Shown here in pieces: positions 41,845-52,409 of a stretch of DNA of 64,000 nt. This DNA is from Terricaulis sp. GTDB lineage: Bacteria > Pseudomonadota > Alphaproteobacteria > Caulobacterales > Aquidulcibacteraceae. Both the position numbers and the translations under genes were made by a program. The DNA lies in assembly GCA_047601265.1 (NCBI GenBank), contig JASGJR010000001.1, positions 500,802 through 564,801 on the forward strand, in the 5' to 3' direction. The first letter of the stretch is position 1, and each line of letters starts with the position of its first letter. The notes under the pieces are model-generated. The model saw only the letters and a list, made by a program, of their open reading frames with translations. It was not told the DNA's origin and did not search any database.

Positions 41845-43214
41845 CCACAGTTCTGCTGGCCGACGACGACAACTCGCTGCGCTTCGTGCTTTCGCAGGCG
41901 CTGAGCAAGGACGGCTACACCGTGCGCGCCACCTCCAACGTAAGCACGCTCGTGAAGTGGGTGCGCGATGGCGAAGGCGATCTGGTGCTGACCGACGTCT
42001 ATATGGGCGATGAGAGCGTTTTCGACGCGCTTCCGTCACTGCGGCAAGCACGGCCAACGCTGCCCATTATTGTCATGAGCGCACAATCGACCGTGGCCAC
42101 CGCGCTCTCTGCTGCGAGCGCCGGGGCATATGACTACGTCCCCAAACCCTTCGATCTCGACGATCTTCTCGCCGCCATCGGCCGCGCACTTTCGGGTGGC
42201 CCGGACGCCAGCACACGCGCGCTGACCAGCAAGGCTGCGAAGGAAGACAAACTGCCGCTGATTGGCCGTTCGCCGGCGATGCAGGACGTTTATCGGGTGA
42301 TGGCGCGCGTCGCCGGCACCGACCTTACGGTGCTGATTGAAGGGGAGAGCGGCACTGGCAAGGAGCGTGTCGCGCGCGCCATTCACGACCACAGCCGCCG
42401 CAGCAATGCGCCCTTTGTGTCGATGAGCGTGGCCGGGGCGAGCGTCTCCAACCTCGACCGCGATCTATTCGGACCCAAAGGCAAGCTTGAAGAAGCGCAA
42501 CACGGCACGCTGTTTCTCGAGGACGTCGATGAAATGCCGATCGATGCGCAGACGCGGCTCGCCGGTTTGCTGCACGCTGAAGAGAAGAACCAGCGGCCTG
42601 ACATCCGCCTGATCGCGTCGTCGCAGCGCAGCCTTGCAGCGCTGTCGCGGGCGGGCCAGTTCCGCCAGGATTTGTTCTATCGCTTGAACGTCGTTGCTAT
42701 TCGCTTGCCGCCATTGCGCGAGCGTTTGGAAGACGTGCCTGACTTGTCGCGCGCCTTTCTTGTACGCGCCAAGCGCGAGGGCTTGCCGGAAAAGGTGCTC
42801 GACAACGCTGCGATCGAGCGGCTCAAAGCGCACCCGTTTCCCGGTAACGTGCGCGAACTGGAGAACCTGTTGCGCCGCGCCGCCGCGCTAAGCCCCGCAC
42901 CGGTGATCACGGCGCGGGAGATCAGCCGCGAATTGGGCGCTGCCTCGCGCGAAAACATCGACCATCACGCGGAGGGATTTGACGCCGCCGTGTCGCGCCG
43001 GCTGGCGAGCGAGTTTGCCGCCGCCAGTCCTGAACTGCCGGCTGCGGGGCTCTATGACCGGCTGCTCGCCGAGGTCGAAAAGCCGCTGATCACCCATGCC
43101 TTAGAAGCGACACGCGGCAATCAGATCAAGGCGGCGGCTGTGCTTGGCATCAACCGCAACACCTTGCGGAAGAAGATCCAGACCCTCGGCATCCGAACTG
43201 GGCGAAGTGATTGA
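41841..43214 (+). CDS. ntrC: NtrC-family response regulator (REC + AAA+ + Fis-type HTH), GAFTGA loop absent
   Basis: REC domain (LLADDD...LTDVYM), Walker A GESGTGKE, RELEN and a C-terminal HTH (RGNQIKAAAVLGINRNTLRKK) are present. See findings for the missing sigma-54 contact motif. Confidence 0.85.
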   Translation: MTTVLLADDDNSLRFVLSQALSKDGYTVRATSNVSTLVKWVRDGEGDLVLTDVYMGDESVFDALPSLRQARPTLPIIVMSAQSTVATALSAASAGAYDYVPKPFDLDDLLAAIGRALSGGPDASTRALTSKAAKEDKLPLIGRSPAMQDVYRVMARVAGTDLTVLIEGESGTGKERVARAIHDHSRRSNAPFVSMSVAGASVSNLDRDLFGPKGKLEEAQHGTLFLEDVDEMPIDAQTRLAGLLHAEEKNQRPDIRLIASSQRSLAALSRAGQFRQDLFYRLNVVAIRLPPLRERLEDVPDLSRAFLVRAKREGLPEKVLDNAAIERLKAHPFPGNVRELENLLRRAAALSPAPVITAREISRELGAASRENIDHHAEGFDAAVSRRLASEFAAASPELPAAGLYDRLLAEVEKPLITHALEATRGNQIKAAAVLGINRNTLRKKIQTLGIRTGRSD

Positions 43215-43276
43215 CGGGGCCTTGATCCCCTGCAACACAGTGTGTCCTGAACGCAACACGGGACGCCCCCACGCCC

Positions 43277-45517
43277 ATGCAGTCCAGCGTCACAGCTAGC
43301 GAGACGACCGAGGCCGGCGTCCTCAGCGACCGGCCGCGCAGCCGGAGCGCGCTCAGCTTCCTCATCGGATTCGTGCTGGCCGCCCTACTCACGGCCGGCG
43401 CTATTGCGGGGCTGCTCTCGGGGGAGGGGTTGGCGCTCCAAACCACCTCGCTGATCAGCGGCGCGTTACTCACAAGCCTCGCGATCTCCGCGATCCTGCT
43501 GGGGATCGTCGTGTTCCGCCTCTGGCGCGTGGCGCGCGCTTGGCGTTCGGCGGCGACCGGCGCGCGTTTGCACACCCGTTTCGTAGTGCTGTTCAGCCTG
43601 GCTGCGCTGACGCCAGCTGTGATTGTCGCGGCGTTCTTGGGCTTTACCTTCAGTCAGAGCGTCGAGAATTGGTTCAGCCAGCGCGTCGAAACCACGATCG
43701 AGAGCGCGGCCGACGTCGGTCGTTCCTACGTGGATCTCGCTACCGGCGGCATGGGCGGCGAAGTGCAAGCGATGGCGGAAGACCTCAACCGCGCCGCGCC
43801 GCATCTCACAGACGACCCGCAGCGTTATGTGGCGTTCCTCGCCGCGCAAGCCGAGCGGCGCAACTTTCGCTCTGCTTACATCATCGATCGCAGCGGACGT
43901 ATTCTGGCGCGCGCGCAGCAACAAGGCGCGATGGGCTTCACACCGCCTTCGGCGGAGGCTTTGCGCGACGCCAATCAGGGCAATGTTTCTGTCAGCTTCG
44001 ATCAAGAGCACGACCGGCTGTTGGCCTTGTATCGGCTCACTGCCTATGGCGGCGGCTACGTGATGGTGTCGCGCGCGGTGCAGCCCGGATTGGTTGCGCA
44101 GTTGCGGCAGTTCCGGGAGTCGGTCGCTGATTATCGCGCCGCGCGGGAGCGCCAAGGCACGCTGCGCGCCATGTTCGGCCTCGCCTATCTTACAACCTCG
44201 ATGCTGGTGCTGCTCGGCGCAATTTGGGTTGGCCTTTCGAGCGCATCACGCGTGGCCGAGCCGATCGGGCGGCTTGTGAACGCATCCCGCCGGGTCGCTG
44301 GCGGCGACCTCAAAGCGCGCGTCAGCGTCGGCGAAGAGCGCGACGAAGTTGATGCTTTGGGCGTCGCCTTCAATCGCATGACGGCGCAACTTGAGACGCA
44401 GCGGCGCGACCTCATCACTGCGCAGGAAGACGCCGAGAACCGCAGCCGCTTTATCGAGACGGTGCTCGGCGGCGTTAGCGCCGGCGTCGTCAGCGTCGAT
44501 CGTGACGGCCGCATCACCACGACCAACCGGTCCGCGGCGCAATTGCTGGGTCATCAAGGCGCCGACTTGGTTGCGCGGCGGCTGATCGATGTCGTGCCCG
44601 AATTCGCCGACCTTATGAACCAGCCGGCGCCGCAGGCGGAAACGCCAGCGCAACGGGTCGACCTTGTGCGCGATAGCGGCACGTTGAACCTCAGCGTTCG
44701 CATGGCGCCGGATGCCGAAGGCGGTCTGGTGTTGACGTTCGACGACATGACCAAACTTATTTCGGCGCAGCGCCAGGAGGCCTGGAAGGATGTGGCCCGG
44801 CGTATCGCGCACGAGATCAAGAATCCGCTGACGCCGATTCAGCTCTCTGCCGATCGCCTACAGCGCAAGTATTTCGGGGAGATCACCTCCGACAAGGAAA
44901 CCTTTCAGCGCTGCACTGACACCATTCTTCGCCAAGTGGCTGACATCGGCCGCATGGTCGACGAGTTTGCTGCATTCGCGCGTATGCCGACGCCCGTCAT
45001 GGCGTACGCCGACATTAGCGACATCGCCAAGTCCGTGGTGTTCGGCCAGCGTCTGGTGTTCCCGGACATCAAGTTCGAAGCCGAAGGCGCGGACAAACCC
45101 ATCGCGCTCGTGTGCGATGAGCGATTGCTCGGCCAAGCGCTCACCAATCTCGTCAAGAACGCCGCTGAGAGCGTTCAAGGCAGGCGCGTGCGCGATGGTG
45201 GCGAGCCGAAGGAAGGCTTCGTCACGCTGCGCCTGCGCGACCTGGAAACCGGCGTGCAATTCGAAGTGAGCGACAACGGGTTGGGTTTCCCGGAGAAAAA
45301 TCGCCACCGGCTCATCGAGCCGTACGTGACGACACGGCAAAAGGGCACAGGCCTTGGCCTCGCCATTGTCGCGCGCGTCGTCGAAGACCACGGGGGCTTG
45401 ATTGAACTCGACGACGCACCAGGACCGAGTCCCGGCGCCGTTGTCCGCTTTGTCCTCCCCAAGCGCACCGAGGACGTCATACAGCCTGCCGCAGAACACG
45501 GCGTAGGAGCATCCTGA
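43277..45517 (+). CDS. ntrY: sensor histidine kinase NtrY (TM-HAMP-PAS-HisKA-HATPase)
   Basis: N-terminal TM helices, HAMP (PIGRLVNASRRVAGGDL), the H-box HEIKNPLTPIQ and an ATPase domain (DNGLGF, GTGLGLA) are present. Confidence 0.85.
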   Translation: MQSSVTASETTEAGVLSDRPRSRSALSFLIGFVLAALLTAGAIAGLLSGEGLALQTTSLISGALLTSLAISAILLGIVVFRLWRVARAWRSAATGARLHTRFVVLFSLAALTPAVIVAAFLGFTFSQSVENWFSQRVETTIESAADVGRSYVDLATGGMGGEVQAMAEDLNRAAPHLTDDPQRYVAFLAAQAERRNFRSAYIIDRSGRILARAQQQGAMGFTPPSAEALRDANQGNVSVSFDQEHDRLLALYRLTAYGGGYVMVSRAVQPGLVAQLRQFRESVADYRAARERQGTLRAMFGLAYLTTSMLVLLGAIWVGLSSASRVAEPIGRLVNASRRVAGGDLKARVSVGEERDEVDALGVAFNRMTAQLETQRRDLITAQEDAENRSRFIETVLGGVSAGVVSVDRDGRITTTNRSAAQLLGHQGADLVARRLIDVVPEFADLMNQPAPQAETPAQRVDLVRDSGTLNLSVRMAPDAEGGLVLTFDDMTKLISAQRQEAWKDVARRIAHEIKNPLTPIQLSADRLQRKYFGEITSDKETFQRCTDTILRQVADIGRMVDEFAAFARMPTPVMAYADISDIAKSVVFGQRLVFPDIKFEAEGADKPIALVCDERLLGQALTNLVKNAAESVQGRRVRDGGEPKEGFVTLRLRDLETGVQFEVSDNGLGFPEKNRHRLIEPYVTTRQKGTGLGLAIVARVVEDHGGLIELDDAPGPSPGAVVRFVLPKRTEDVIQPAAEHGVGAS

Positions 45518-46908
45518 TGCCTGCAGACATTCTCGTTATCGACGACGAAGCCGACATCCGCGATTTGGTGTCCGGCATCCTCGAAGACGATGGTCATCAA
45601 GTGCGGACCGCGCGCGACAGCGACGAAGCGCTTGAAGCCATTCGCCGGCGCAAGCCGTCCCTTGTGGTGCTCGACATTTGGTTGCAAGGCAGCCGCGTTG
45701 ACGGACTCGATCTCTTGGCGATGTTCAAGAGCGTGGAAGCAGACATGCCCGTCGTCGTGATCTCCGGTCACGGCACGATCGAAACTGCGGTCTCCGCCAT
45801 CCGCAAGGGCGCGTACGATTTTGTCGAAAAGCCGTTCACGGCGGATCGGCTGTTGCTTGTCATTCAGCGTGCGTTGGAGACGGCCCAGCTCAAGCGGGAA
45901 AATGCCGCGCTCCGGGCGAAGTCGATCGTCAGCGACGACCTCATCGGCACCTCGACGGTGATGTCGGCGCTACGCAGCGCCATCGACAAGGTCGCGCAGA
46001 CCAATTCGCGCGTTTTGATAACCGGCCCCGCAGGATCCGGGAAAGAGCTGGTTGCCCGCACGTTGCACGATCGCAGCGGCCGCGCCGGCGCCGCATTTGT
46101 CGCCATCAACGCCGCCTCAATCGCGCCAGAGCGCATGGAAAGCGAAATCTTCGGCGAGGACGGCCCGGACGGACGGCCGAGCAAAATTGGCGTCTTCGAG
46201 AACGCACATGGCGGCACGCTTTTCCTCGACGAAGTCGGCGACATGCCGCTGGAAACGCAATCGAAGATCTTGCGCGTGCTGGTCGAACAGCGCTTCAAAC
46301 GCCTGAACGGTTCTTCCGATGTCCAGGTGAACGTGCGCGTGGTTTCCTCAACGTCGCGCGACCTCACGGGCGACATCGCCCAAGGACGCTTCCGCGAAGA
46401 CCTCTTTCATCGCCTCAACGTCGTGCCGTTGCGGGCGCCAAGCTTGGCCGAACGGCGCGAGGACATTCCCGAGCTTGCGGGCTATTTCGTGGGACGCCTG
46501 TCGGGCATGTCCGGCGTGCCAGCCCGTGAGATCGGCATCGACGTGTTGGCGGCGCTGCAAGCTGCCGACTGGCCCGGCAACGTCCGCCAGTTGCGCAATG
46601 TCATTGAGCGCATCCTCATTCTGGCGACAGGCGAAAACAACGCGCCGGTGACGGTCGAATCTCTGCCGCCAGATGCGTGGCCATCGTCAGGTCTTGCCAA
46701 GAACGAAGGCATGCAAGACGTGATCGCTTTGCCTTTGCGCGACGCGCGCGAGCGCTTCGAACGTGAGTACCTCAACGTGCAGATCACGCGTTTTGGCGGC
46801 AACATTTCGCGCACCGCAGCCTTCATCGGCATGGAGCGTTCGGCGCTGCACCGTAAGCTGAAGTCGCTCGGCGTCGAGCCGCCAGGCCGTGGCCTCGAAG
46901 CCGAATGA
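45517..46908 (+). CDS. ntrX: response regulator NtrX (REC + AAA+ + HTH)
   Basis: Motifs ILVIDDE...LDIWL, GPAGSGKE and GNVRQL plus a C-terminal HTH are present. The start overlaps the ntrY stop. Confidence 0.85.
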   Translation: MPADILVIDDEADIRDLVSGILEDDGHQVRTARDSDEALEAIRRRKPSLVVLDIWLQGSRVDGLDLLAMFKSVEADMPVVVISGHGTIETAVSAIRKGAYDFVEKPFTADRLLLVIQRALETAQLKRENAALRAKSIVSDDLIGTSTVMSALRSAIDKVAQTNSRVLITGPAGSGKELVARTLHDRSGRAGAAFVAINAASIAPERMESEIFGEDGPDGRPSKIGVFENAHGGTLFLDEVGDMPLETQSKILRVLVEQRFKRLNGSSDVQVNVRVVSSTSRDLTGDIAQGRFREDLFHRLNVVPLRAPSLAERREDIPELAGYFVGRLSGMSGVPAREIGIDVLAALQAADWPGNVRQLRNVIERILILATGENNAPVTVESLPPDAWPSSGLAKNEGMQDVIALPLRDARERFEREYLNVQITRFGGNISRTAAFIGMERSALHRKLKSLGVEPPGRGLEAE

Positions 46909-47756
46909 GCGCCATTGCGTACGTCAACGGCGCGTACGTCCCTATGGCGAACGCTGGCGTCTCAATTCTCGATCGCGGGTTTCAGTTCGCAGATTCAATC
47001 TACGAAGTCTGGGGCGTGCGTGACGGACGATTGTTTGATCGCGCCGCGCACATGGCGCGCTTACAGCGCTCCCTCAGCGAATTGCGCATCACGCCGCCGA
47101 TGGGGCAGCACGCGCTGTGGGCCGTCATTACCGAAACGGCGCGACGTAATCGCGTGCGTTACGGGCTGGTGTATCTGCAAATTAGCCGTGGTGCGGCGCC
47201 GCGCGATCACGTTTTCCCAAATCCAGCGGTCAGCCCAACACTCATCATCACCGCCAAGAACCTTGATCGCGCCGCGATTGAGAAACGCGCCGCCGCTGGC
47301 ATCAAAGTGATCTCGACGCCCGAACAACGCTGGGCGCGATGTGACATCAAATCGGTGAACCTGCTGCCTAACGTGCTGGCGCGCCAACATGCGCGCGAGA
47401 ACGGCGCGTTCGAAGCATGGTTCGTAGACGCCGATGGTTTTGTGACGGAAGGCACGTCTTCCAACGCCTTTATCGTGGACGCACAGGGCCGCTTGAGGAC
47501 GCCACCACTATCAAATCATATCCTCCATGGGGTGACCCGCAGCGCATTGCTTGAGATCGCGCGAGATCGGCAAATGCCGGTCGTGGAACAAGCCTTCACG
47601 TTGGCAGAGGCTCAATCCGCAAGAGAAGCGTTCATAAGCGCGGCCACCAATCCCGCTGTCGGGATCGTTTCGCTGGACGGCGTGCAGATCGGCGACGGCA
47701 AGCCCGGACCGGTGGCGAATGCGCTACGCGCCGCCTATTTGGGCGCCGGCTCCTAA
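46905..47756 (+). CDS. class IV aminotransferase (D-amino-acid / branched-chain type)
   Basis: [12 protein letters not shown]...YLQISRG...[14 protein letters not shown] pattern. It is coupled to ntrX (ATGA) and lies upstream of hfq. Confidence 0.8.
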   Translation: MSAIAYVNGAYVPMANAGVSILDRGFQFADSIYEVWGVRDGRLFDRAAHMARLQRSLSELRITPPMGQHALWAVITETARRNRVRYGLVYLQISRGAAPRDHVFPNPAVSPTLIITAKNLDRAAIEKRAAAGIKVISTPEQRWARCDIKSVNLLPNVLARQHARENGAFEAWFVDADGFVTEGTSSNAFIVDAQGRLRTPPLSNHILHGVTRSALLEIARDRQMPVVEQAFTLAEAQSAREAFISAATNPAVGIVSLDGVQIGDGKPGPVANALRAAYLGAGS

Positions 47757-47865
47757 AATTCGCTTGTCCTGCTTCGCTTTCATTGGCGTGGCTCATCGGG
47801 CGCCCGTATATCTGCAGCTCAGCCGCGCGGACGTCGCGGCGCTACAAGAACGGGCAAACAACAAA

Positions 47866-48117
47866 ATGGATAAGAAGCAGAACCTGCAAGACACCTTCCT
47901 GAATGCGGTCCGGAAGGCAAAAACCCCACTCACGATTTTCCTGGTCAATGGCGTAAAACTTCAGGGCGTCGTAACGTGGTTCGACAATTTCTGTGTGCTG
48001 CTCCGGCGCGACGGCCAGGTGCAATTGGTCTACAAGCACGCCATCTCCACCATCATGCCGGGTGGCCCAGTTCAGTTACACGAAATCGACAAGGCGGCCG
48101 ATGAAGCCGACGGCTGA
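47866..48117 (+). CDS. hfq: RNA chaperone Hfq
   Basis: The sequence is [59 protein letters not shown]. Confidence 0.95.
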   Translation: MDKKQNLQDTFLNAVRKAKTPLTIFLVNGVKLQGVVTWFDNFCVLLRRDGQVQLVYKHAISTIMPGGPVQLHEIDKAADEADG

Positions 48118-49456
48118 GACGCCGACGCAAGACATCAATCGTGCTATCGTTCTCCGCCCGCTCGTGGGCGGAGAATACGACGCGCGCGATCCAGAGGCCC
48201 GGCTGTTGGAGGCGGTGGGCCTCGCGCACGCGCTTGGGCTCGACGTCGCGTACGCTGACGCCGCTCCGCTCCGGCAAATCAGTCCGCGCAGTTATTTCGG
48301 CGAAGGCCGGGTGGCGCGGTTGAAGGATCAAGCTGAAGAACTGGGCGCCGGTGTGATCGTGGTTGACGCGCCGCTTTCTCCGACCCAGCAGCGCAACCTC
48401 GAGCGCGATACCAACGCCAAGGTGGTGGATCGTACCGGCCTGATCTTGGAAATCTTCGGCGTTCGCGCGCATACGAAGGAAGGCCGCCTGCAGGTGGAGC
48501 TGGCGCGGCAGCAATACGAACGGTCGCGGCTCGTGCGTACGTGGACGCACTTGGAGCGCCAACGCGGCGGGCTTGGCAAGACCGGCGGTCCGGGTGAAAC
48601 GCAGATCGAACTCGATCGCCGCCAAATCGCTGACCGCATTGTCAAGCTGAAGCGCGAACTGGAGGATGTGCGCCGTACACGCGCGCTGCAACGCCGGGCA
48701 CGCTCACGCGCCGGGCTGCCGGCCGTAGTGTTTGTTGGCTACACCAACGCCGGCAAGTCGACGCTGTTCAATCGGCTGACCCAAGCCGGCGTGCTAGCGA
48801 AGAACATGCCGTTCGCCACGCTTGATCCCACCGCGCGCCTCGTGAAGCTCCCGAGCGGCCGCTCGGTGATCGTCAGCGACACGGTGGGCTTCATCTCCGA
48901 TCTGCCGACTGAATTGATCGCCGCGTTTCGCGCCACGCTCGAGGCGGTGACAGAGGCGGACCTGTTGGTGCACGTGCGCGACATCGCCCATGACGACAGT
49001 GAAGCGCAGAAGCACGACGTGCTGAACGTATTGGCGCAACTGGCAAAAGACGCCGGCGGAAAATCGCCGCCGGTGCTGGAAGCGTGGAACAAGATCGATT
49101 TGCTCGACGCGGCCACGCACGAAGCGCGAATGCGCAGGGCCGAGGCGATGGAAGAGTGTGGTACAACCCCTGCTCTGGCCCCTGTCGCGATTTCCGCGGT
49201 GACCGGGGAGGGCATGGACGCCCTGCTCGCGGCGATCGATCGCGCGGCCTTCTCCGCGACCCGCATCGTCACCCTCACCCTTGATGCTGGTGATGGCAAA
49301 ACCCATGCGCGGATCGCTGCGGCTGGACGCATCTTGGAAGAAACCCACGACGAAAACGGCGCGATCACATTGAAAGCGGAGCTTTCCATCGAAGACGCGG
49401 CCCGCTTTGCGCCCATCGAACCCCTGCCCGAAGAATTGCGCCCGGCAGCGGAGTAG
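48101..49456 (+). CDS. hflX: GTPase HflX
   Basis: Motifs [17 protein letters not shown] and NKID are present. ATG 48101 overlaps the hfq 3' end by 17 nt. Confidence 0.9.
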   Translation: MKPTAETPTQDINRAIVLRPLVGGEYDARDPEARLLEAVGLAHALGLDVAYADAAPLRQISPRSYFGEGRVARLKDQAEELGAGVIVVDAPLSPTQQRNLERDTNAKVVDRTGLILEIFGVRAHTKEGRLQVELARQQYERSRLVRTWTHLERQRGGLGKTGGPGETQIELDRRQIADRIVKLKRELEDVRRTRALQRRARSRAGLPAVVFVGYTNAGKSTLFNRLTQAGVLAKNMPFATLDPTARLVKLPSGRSVIVSDTVGFISDLPTELIAAFRATLEAVTEADLLVHVRDIAHDDSEAQKHDVLNVLAQLAKDAGGKSPPVLEAWNKIDLLDAATHEARMRRAEAMEECGTTPALAPVAISAVTGEGMDALLAAIDRAAFSATRIVTLTLDAGDGKTHARIAAAGRILEETHDENGAITLKAELSIEDAARFAPIEPLPEELRPAAE

Positions 49457-49465
49457 GGGAGGTCC

Positions 49466-50878
49466 CTACTTTGGCAAACGCTGCAACAGCTCCGCTGCAA
49501 ACGTACTCAACGTGTCATCGCGCGCGCCCATGACGACGATGCGATCGCCCGGCTCGGCCAACTCCAAAAGCTTGTCGCCGCATGCTGCGCGCTCGGCGAA
49601 GGCCATGGCCTGTATGCCGCGCGCACGCACGCCGAACGCGATGTGTTCGCTGGTGACACTGCGATCGACCGTGCCGCCGAAATAGACGGGATCAGGCATA
49701 ATGAGCACATCCTCCGTGCCCATGTTCTCGGCAAAGCAGTCGATGAATTGCTGCTTCATGAGCTTCAGCGGACCAAAGCCGTGGGGTTGAAACATCACGA
49801 GCAGTCGGCCGGGAAAAGCGTGCAGCGTAGCGAGCGTGGCGGTGATCTTATCGGGATTGTGGCCGAAATCGTCGATCACCGTCACGCCGGCGGCTGTGCC
49901 CACAATTTCCAGACGCCGCTTGGTGCCTGAGAAACCCTCAAGCGCCTTGCACGCTTCAGTGAGGCTCAAGCCGTACGCGCGCGCAGCCGAGAGCGCGGCG
50001 AGCGCGTTCGAGACGTTATGTACGCCAGGCACGTTGAGCCGCACGCTAGCGTGAGCGCCGCCTTCGCGCTCGAATACTTTGAACGACACGCCATCGGGCG
50101 CCTGCTCGATGGTGCTCGCATAAAGATCGCCCAAAGGCGATTTTACGCTGTAGGTGCGGGTGCGGATCTTGGCCGTCAGCACCAAGGCCGCTGTCTCCTC
50201 GTTGTCGAGATTGAGCACCGCCACTTCGGCCTTACCGACGAAGCCGCTGAACAGCGCGCGGAGTTCGTCCATGCTCTTATGGTCGAGCGCGATGTTATTC
50301 ACGACCGCGATGGTGGGAGCGTAGCGCGCAATCGAACCGTCGCTTTCGTCAACCTCGCTGACGAAGGCGTCACCCTTGCCTACGAGCGCGGAGGCGAAGA
50401 GGGCATCCGGCGTGGCGAAGTTCTTCATCACCGCGCCGTTCATGACCGTGGGATCGCGGCCTGCTCTGTGCAGCAGCCAGGCGATCATGCCTGTGGTGGT
50501 AGATTTGCCGCTGGTGCCCGCAACGCCGATGCGCACGCGCGCGGAATTGAAGAGCTGCGAAAGCAGTTCGGCGCGCCCTAACAATTGAGCGCCGGCACGC
50601 TTGGCGGCGACGATGTCCGGCACGGTGTCTTCCACCGCGGCTGAACGGACGACGATTTGGCCGGGATCAGTGACGCCACTGCCGTCTTGCGGAAACAGGG
50701 CGATGCCCTGGCTCTCCAGATACTCGAACTTGGCGCCGGTGCGGCCTTGGTCAAGCGTACGATCCGAGCCCGACACGATCTCGCCGCGTCCGCGCAAAAT
50801 CAAGGCGAGCGGCAGCATGCCCGAGCCGCCGACGCCGCACAGGAAATAGGATTTGGCCAAAGCGCTTTCCTGACTCAT
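49466..50878 (-). CDS. Mur ligase family protein (MurC/Mpl-like, probable murein-peptide recycling ligase)
   Basis: N-terminal Rossmann motif CGVGGSGM, P-loop [11 protein letters not shown], and DESDGS and DH motifs are present. It lies outside any dcw cluster and is divergent from an LD-carboxypeptidase gene. Confidence 0.7.
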   Translation of the reverse strand: MSQESALAKSYFLCGVGGSGMLPLALILRGRGEIVSGSDRTLDQGRTGAKFEYLESQGIALFPQDGSGVTDPGQIVVRSAAVEDTVPDIVAAKRAGAQLLGRAELLSQLFNSARVRIGVAGTSGKSTTTGMIAWLLHRAGRDPTVMNGAVMKNFATPDALFASALVGKGDAFVSEVDESDGSIARYAPTIAVVNNIALDHKSMDELRALFSGFVGKAEVAVLNLDNEETAALVLTAKIRTRTYSVKSPLGDLYASTIEQAPDGVSFKVFEREGGAHASVRLNVPGVHNVSNALAALSAARAYGLSLTEACKALEGFSGTKRRLEIVGTAAGVTVIDDFGHNPDKITATLATLHAFPGRLLVMFQPHGFGPLKLMKQQFIDCFAENMGTEDVLIMPDPVYFGGTVDRSVTSEHIAFGVRARGIQAMAFAERAACGDKLLELAEPGDRIVVMGARDDTLSTFAAELLQRLPK

Positions 50879-50956
50879 GAGGCCCGGTTATGACGGCATT
50901 GGCCCGCGCGCGGAAGACGCGGGCCACACTAGCGCCTTGGGACGCAGAATACCTTC

Positions 50957-51799
50957 ATGGGCCAGCGCATTCGCATCGGCGTCGTCGCGCCCGGCACGCG
51001 TATCGATCATGAACTCGCGGAACGTGTGAAGACGTTCGCCGCCGACACGTTTCTGGATCAGGCGCCCGAAATCGTTTTTCATCCGCAATGTTTTCTCTCT
51101 GAAGGGCACTTCGCCGGCAGCGATGCTGAGCGCGCGAAAGCGTTCCTTGATGTGGCCAACGATCCGTCGTTCGACGCGCTGTGGGTTGCGCGCGGCGGCT
51201 ACGGCGCGTGCCGGATGGCCGAGCAGGTGATGGCGGGTGTCACGCATGCGGCGCGCGAGAAGGTGTATCTCGGCTACAGCGACGCTGGCGCGATCCTGGC
51301 TGGCCTGCACAAACTTGGATTTCCGCATCTGGCCCATGGGCCGATGCCGATTGATCTCACGCGGGAGAAGGGCGATAGCGCGGTGCGCAGGGCGCTTAGC
51401 TTCCTGATCGAACGCGCGCCAGAAGCAATGGAGCTCAACGTGATGACGGGGGGCAAGTTCGCCGCCTTCAATATCATGATCTTGCACTCGATCCTCGGCA
51501 CACCGCTGGAGCCCGATCTCGCGGGCCACACGATCATGCTGGAGGAGTTGAACGAGTATCTCTACCGCATCGATCGCGCCCTCTTCCACATCATGACTTC
51601 GCCGAACGTGCGCAAGGCGAGGGGCGTACGGCTCGGCCGCATCTCACAGGTTCCGGAGAATGATAAGCCGTTCGGCGCCGAGCCCGAAGAGATGATCAAG
51701 TTCTGGTGCGCGCGCGCCGGCGTGCCGTATCTGGGGCGAGCGGACATCGGGCATGATATCGACAATAAGGTTGTGCCGTTCGGTACGCTGAGGCGGTGA
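50957..51799 (+). CDS. ldcA: LD-carboxypeptidase (peptidase S66)
   Basis: Motifs ALWVARGGYG, nucleophile motif GYSDAG and C-terminal IGHDIDN are present. Confidence 0.7.
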   Translation: MGQRIRIGVVAPGTRIDHELAERVKTFAADTFLDQAPEIVFHPQCFLSEGHFAGSDAERAKAFLDVANDPSFDALWVARGGYGACRMAEQVMAGVTHAAREKVYLGYSDAGAILAGLHKLGFPHLAHGPMPIDLTREKGDSAVRRALSFLIERAPEAMELNVMTGGKFAAFNIMILHSILGTPLEPDLAGHTIMLEELNEYLYRIDRALFHIMTSPNVRKARGVRLGRISQVPENDKPFGAEPEEMIKFWCARAGVPYLGRADIGHDIDNKVVPFGTLRR

Positions 51800-51837
51800 A
51801 CACAAGCACGGTCAGCGAGATCGCCGGCGATCTATGA

Positions 51838-52409
51838 TCACTGAACCGCGCGCAACGCTGTCAGCATTGCCTGCGCTCGTGCTTCCGAGCGCGTGAACTG
51901 GATCTCCTTCTGGTCGATGTCTGCGAGGAGCCGCGTCACATCGCGTTCAATGCCTGGCGTCGCGCGCACACGCGCGGTAACGTCCGGCGGCAAATTCAAT
52001 TCGCACGCCGTCGGCAGGGCAATCTTTACGAAGCCGCCGGCGTCTGTCGTCATACGCTCGGCGCAAGCCGCACGGATGCGCGCTTGTATCGCGTAAGGGA
52101 CCGCGCTGCGACCAACTTCGCGGTATGCAGGGACGGTGCGAAACGTCGCTTCGCTGACGTCGACGGCGAAGATAGTAGTTGGCGATCTTCTGGCGCGTCG
52201 CGGCATCGCCCAGTGTGTTCAGCGCGCCAACAGCCAACACTTCGTCCTAAGACGTGCGCGCCATCGGACGCGGATAAATCTGGGTAGCCTGAAACGCGGC
52301 AATGAGAGACGGCTCGTCGCCGCTGCGGGCAGTACCATCGAGGTCATTCGACGCTCACCGCAAACCAGTTGTGCTTGCCCGCGTGCTCACGGATGCGCCG
52401 CAACAGCAT
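51838..52409 (-). pseudogene. decayed gene downstream of mazG (two frameshifts and one in-frame TAG)
   Basis: Four coding-like segments are found on the minus strand. Segment 1 is an ATG overlapping the mazG stop, then 21 codons ending in TGA 52346-52344. Segment 2 is a new frame running from 52348 to TAG 52249-52247. Segment 3 continues in that same frame to ~52175. Segment 4 is the 122-aa track ORF frame running to 51838. Confidence 0.45.
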
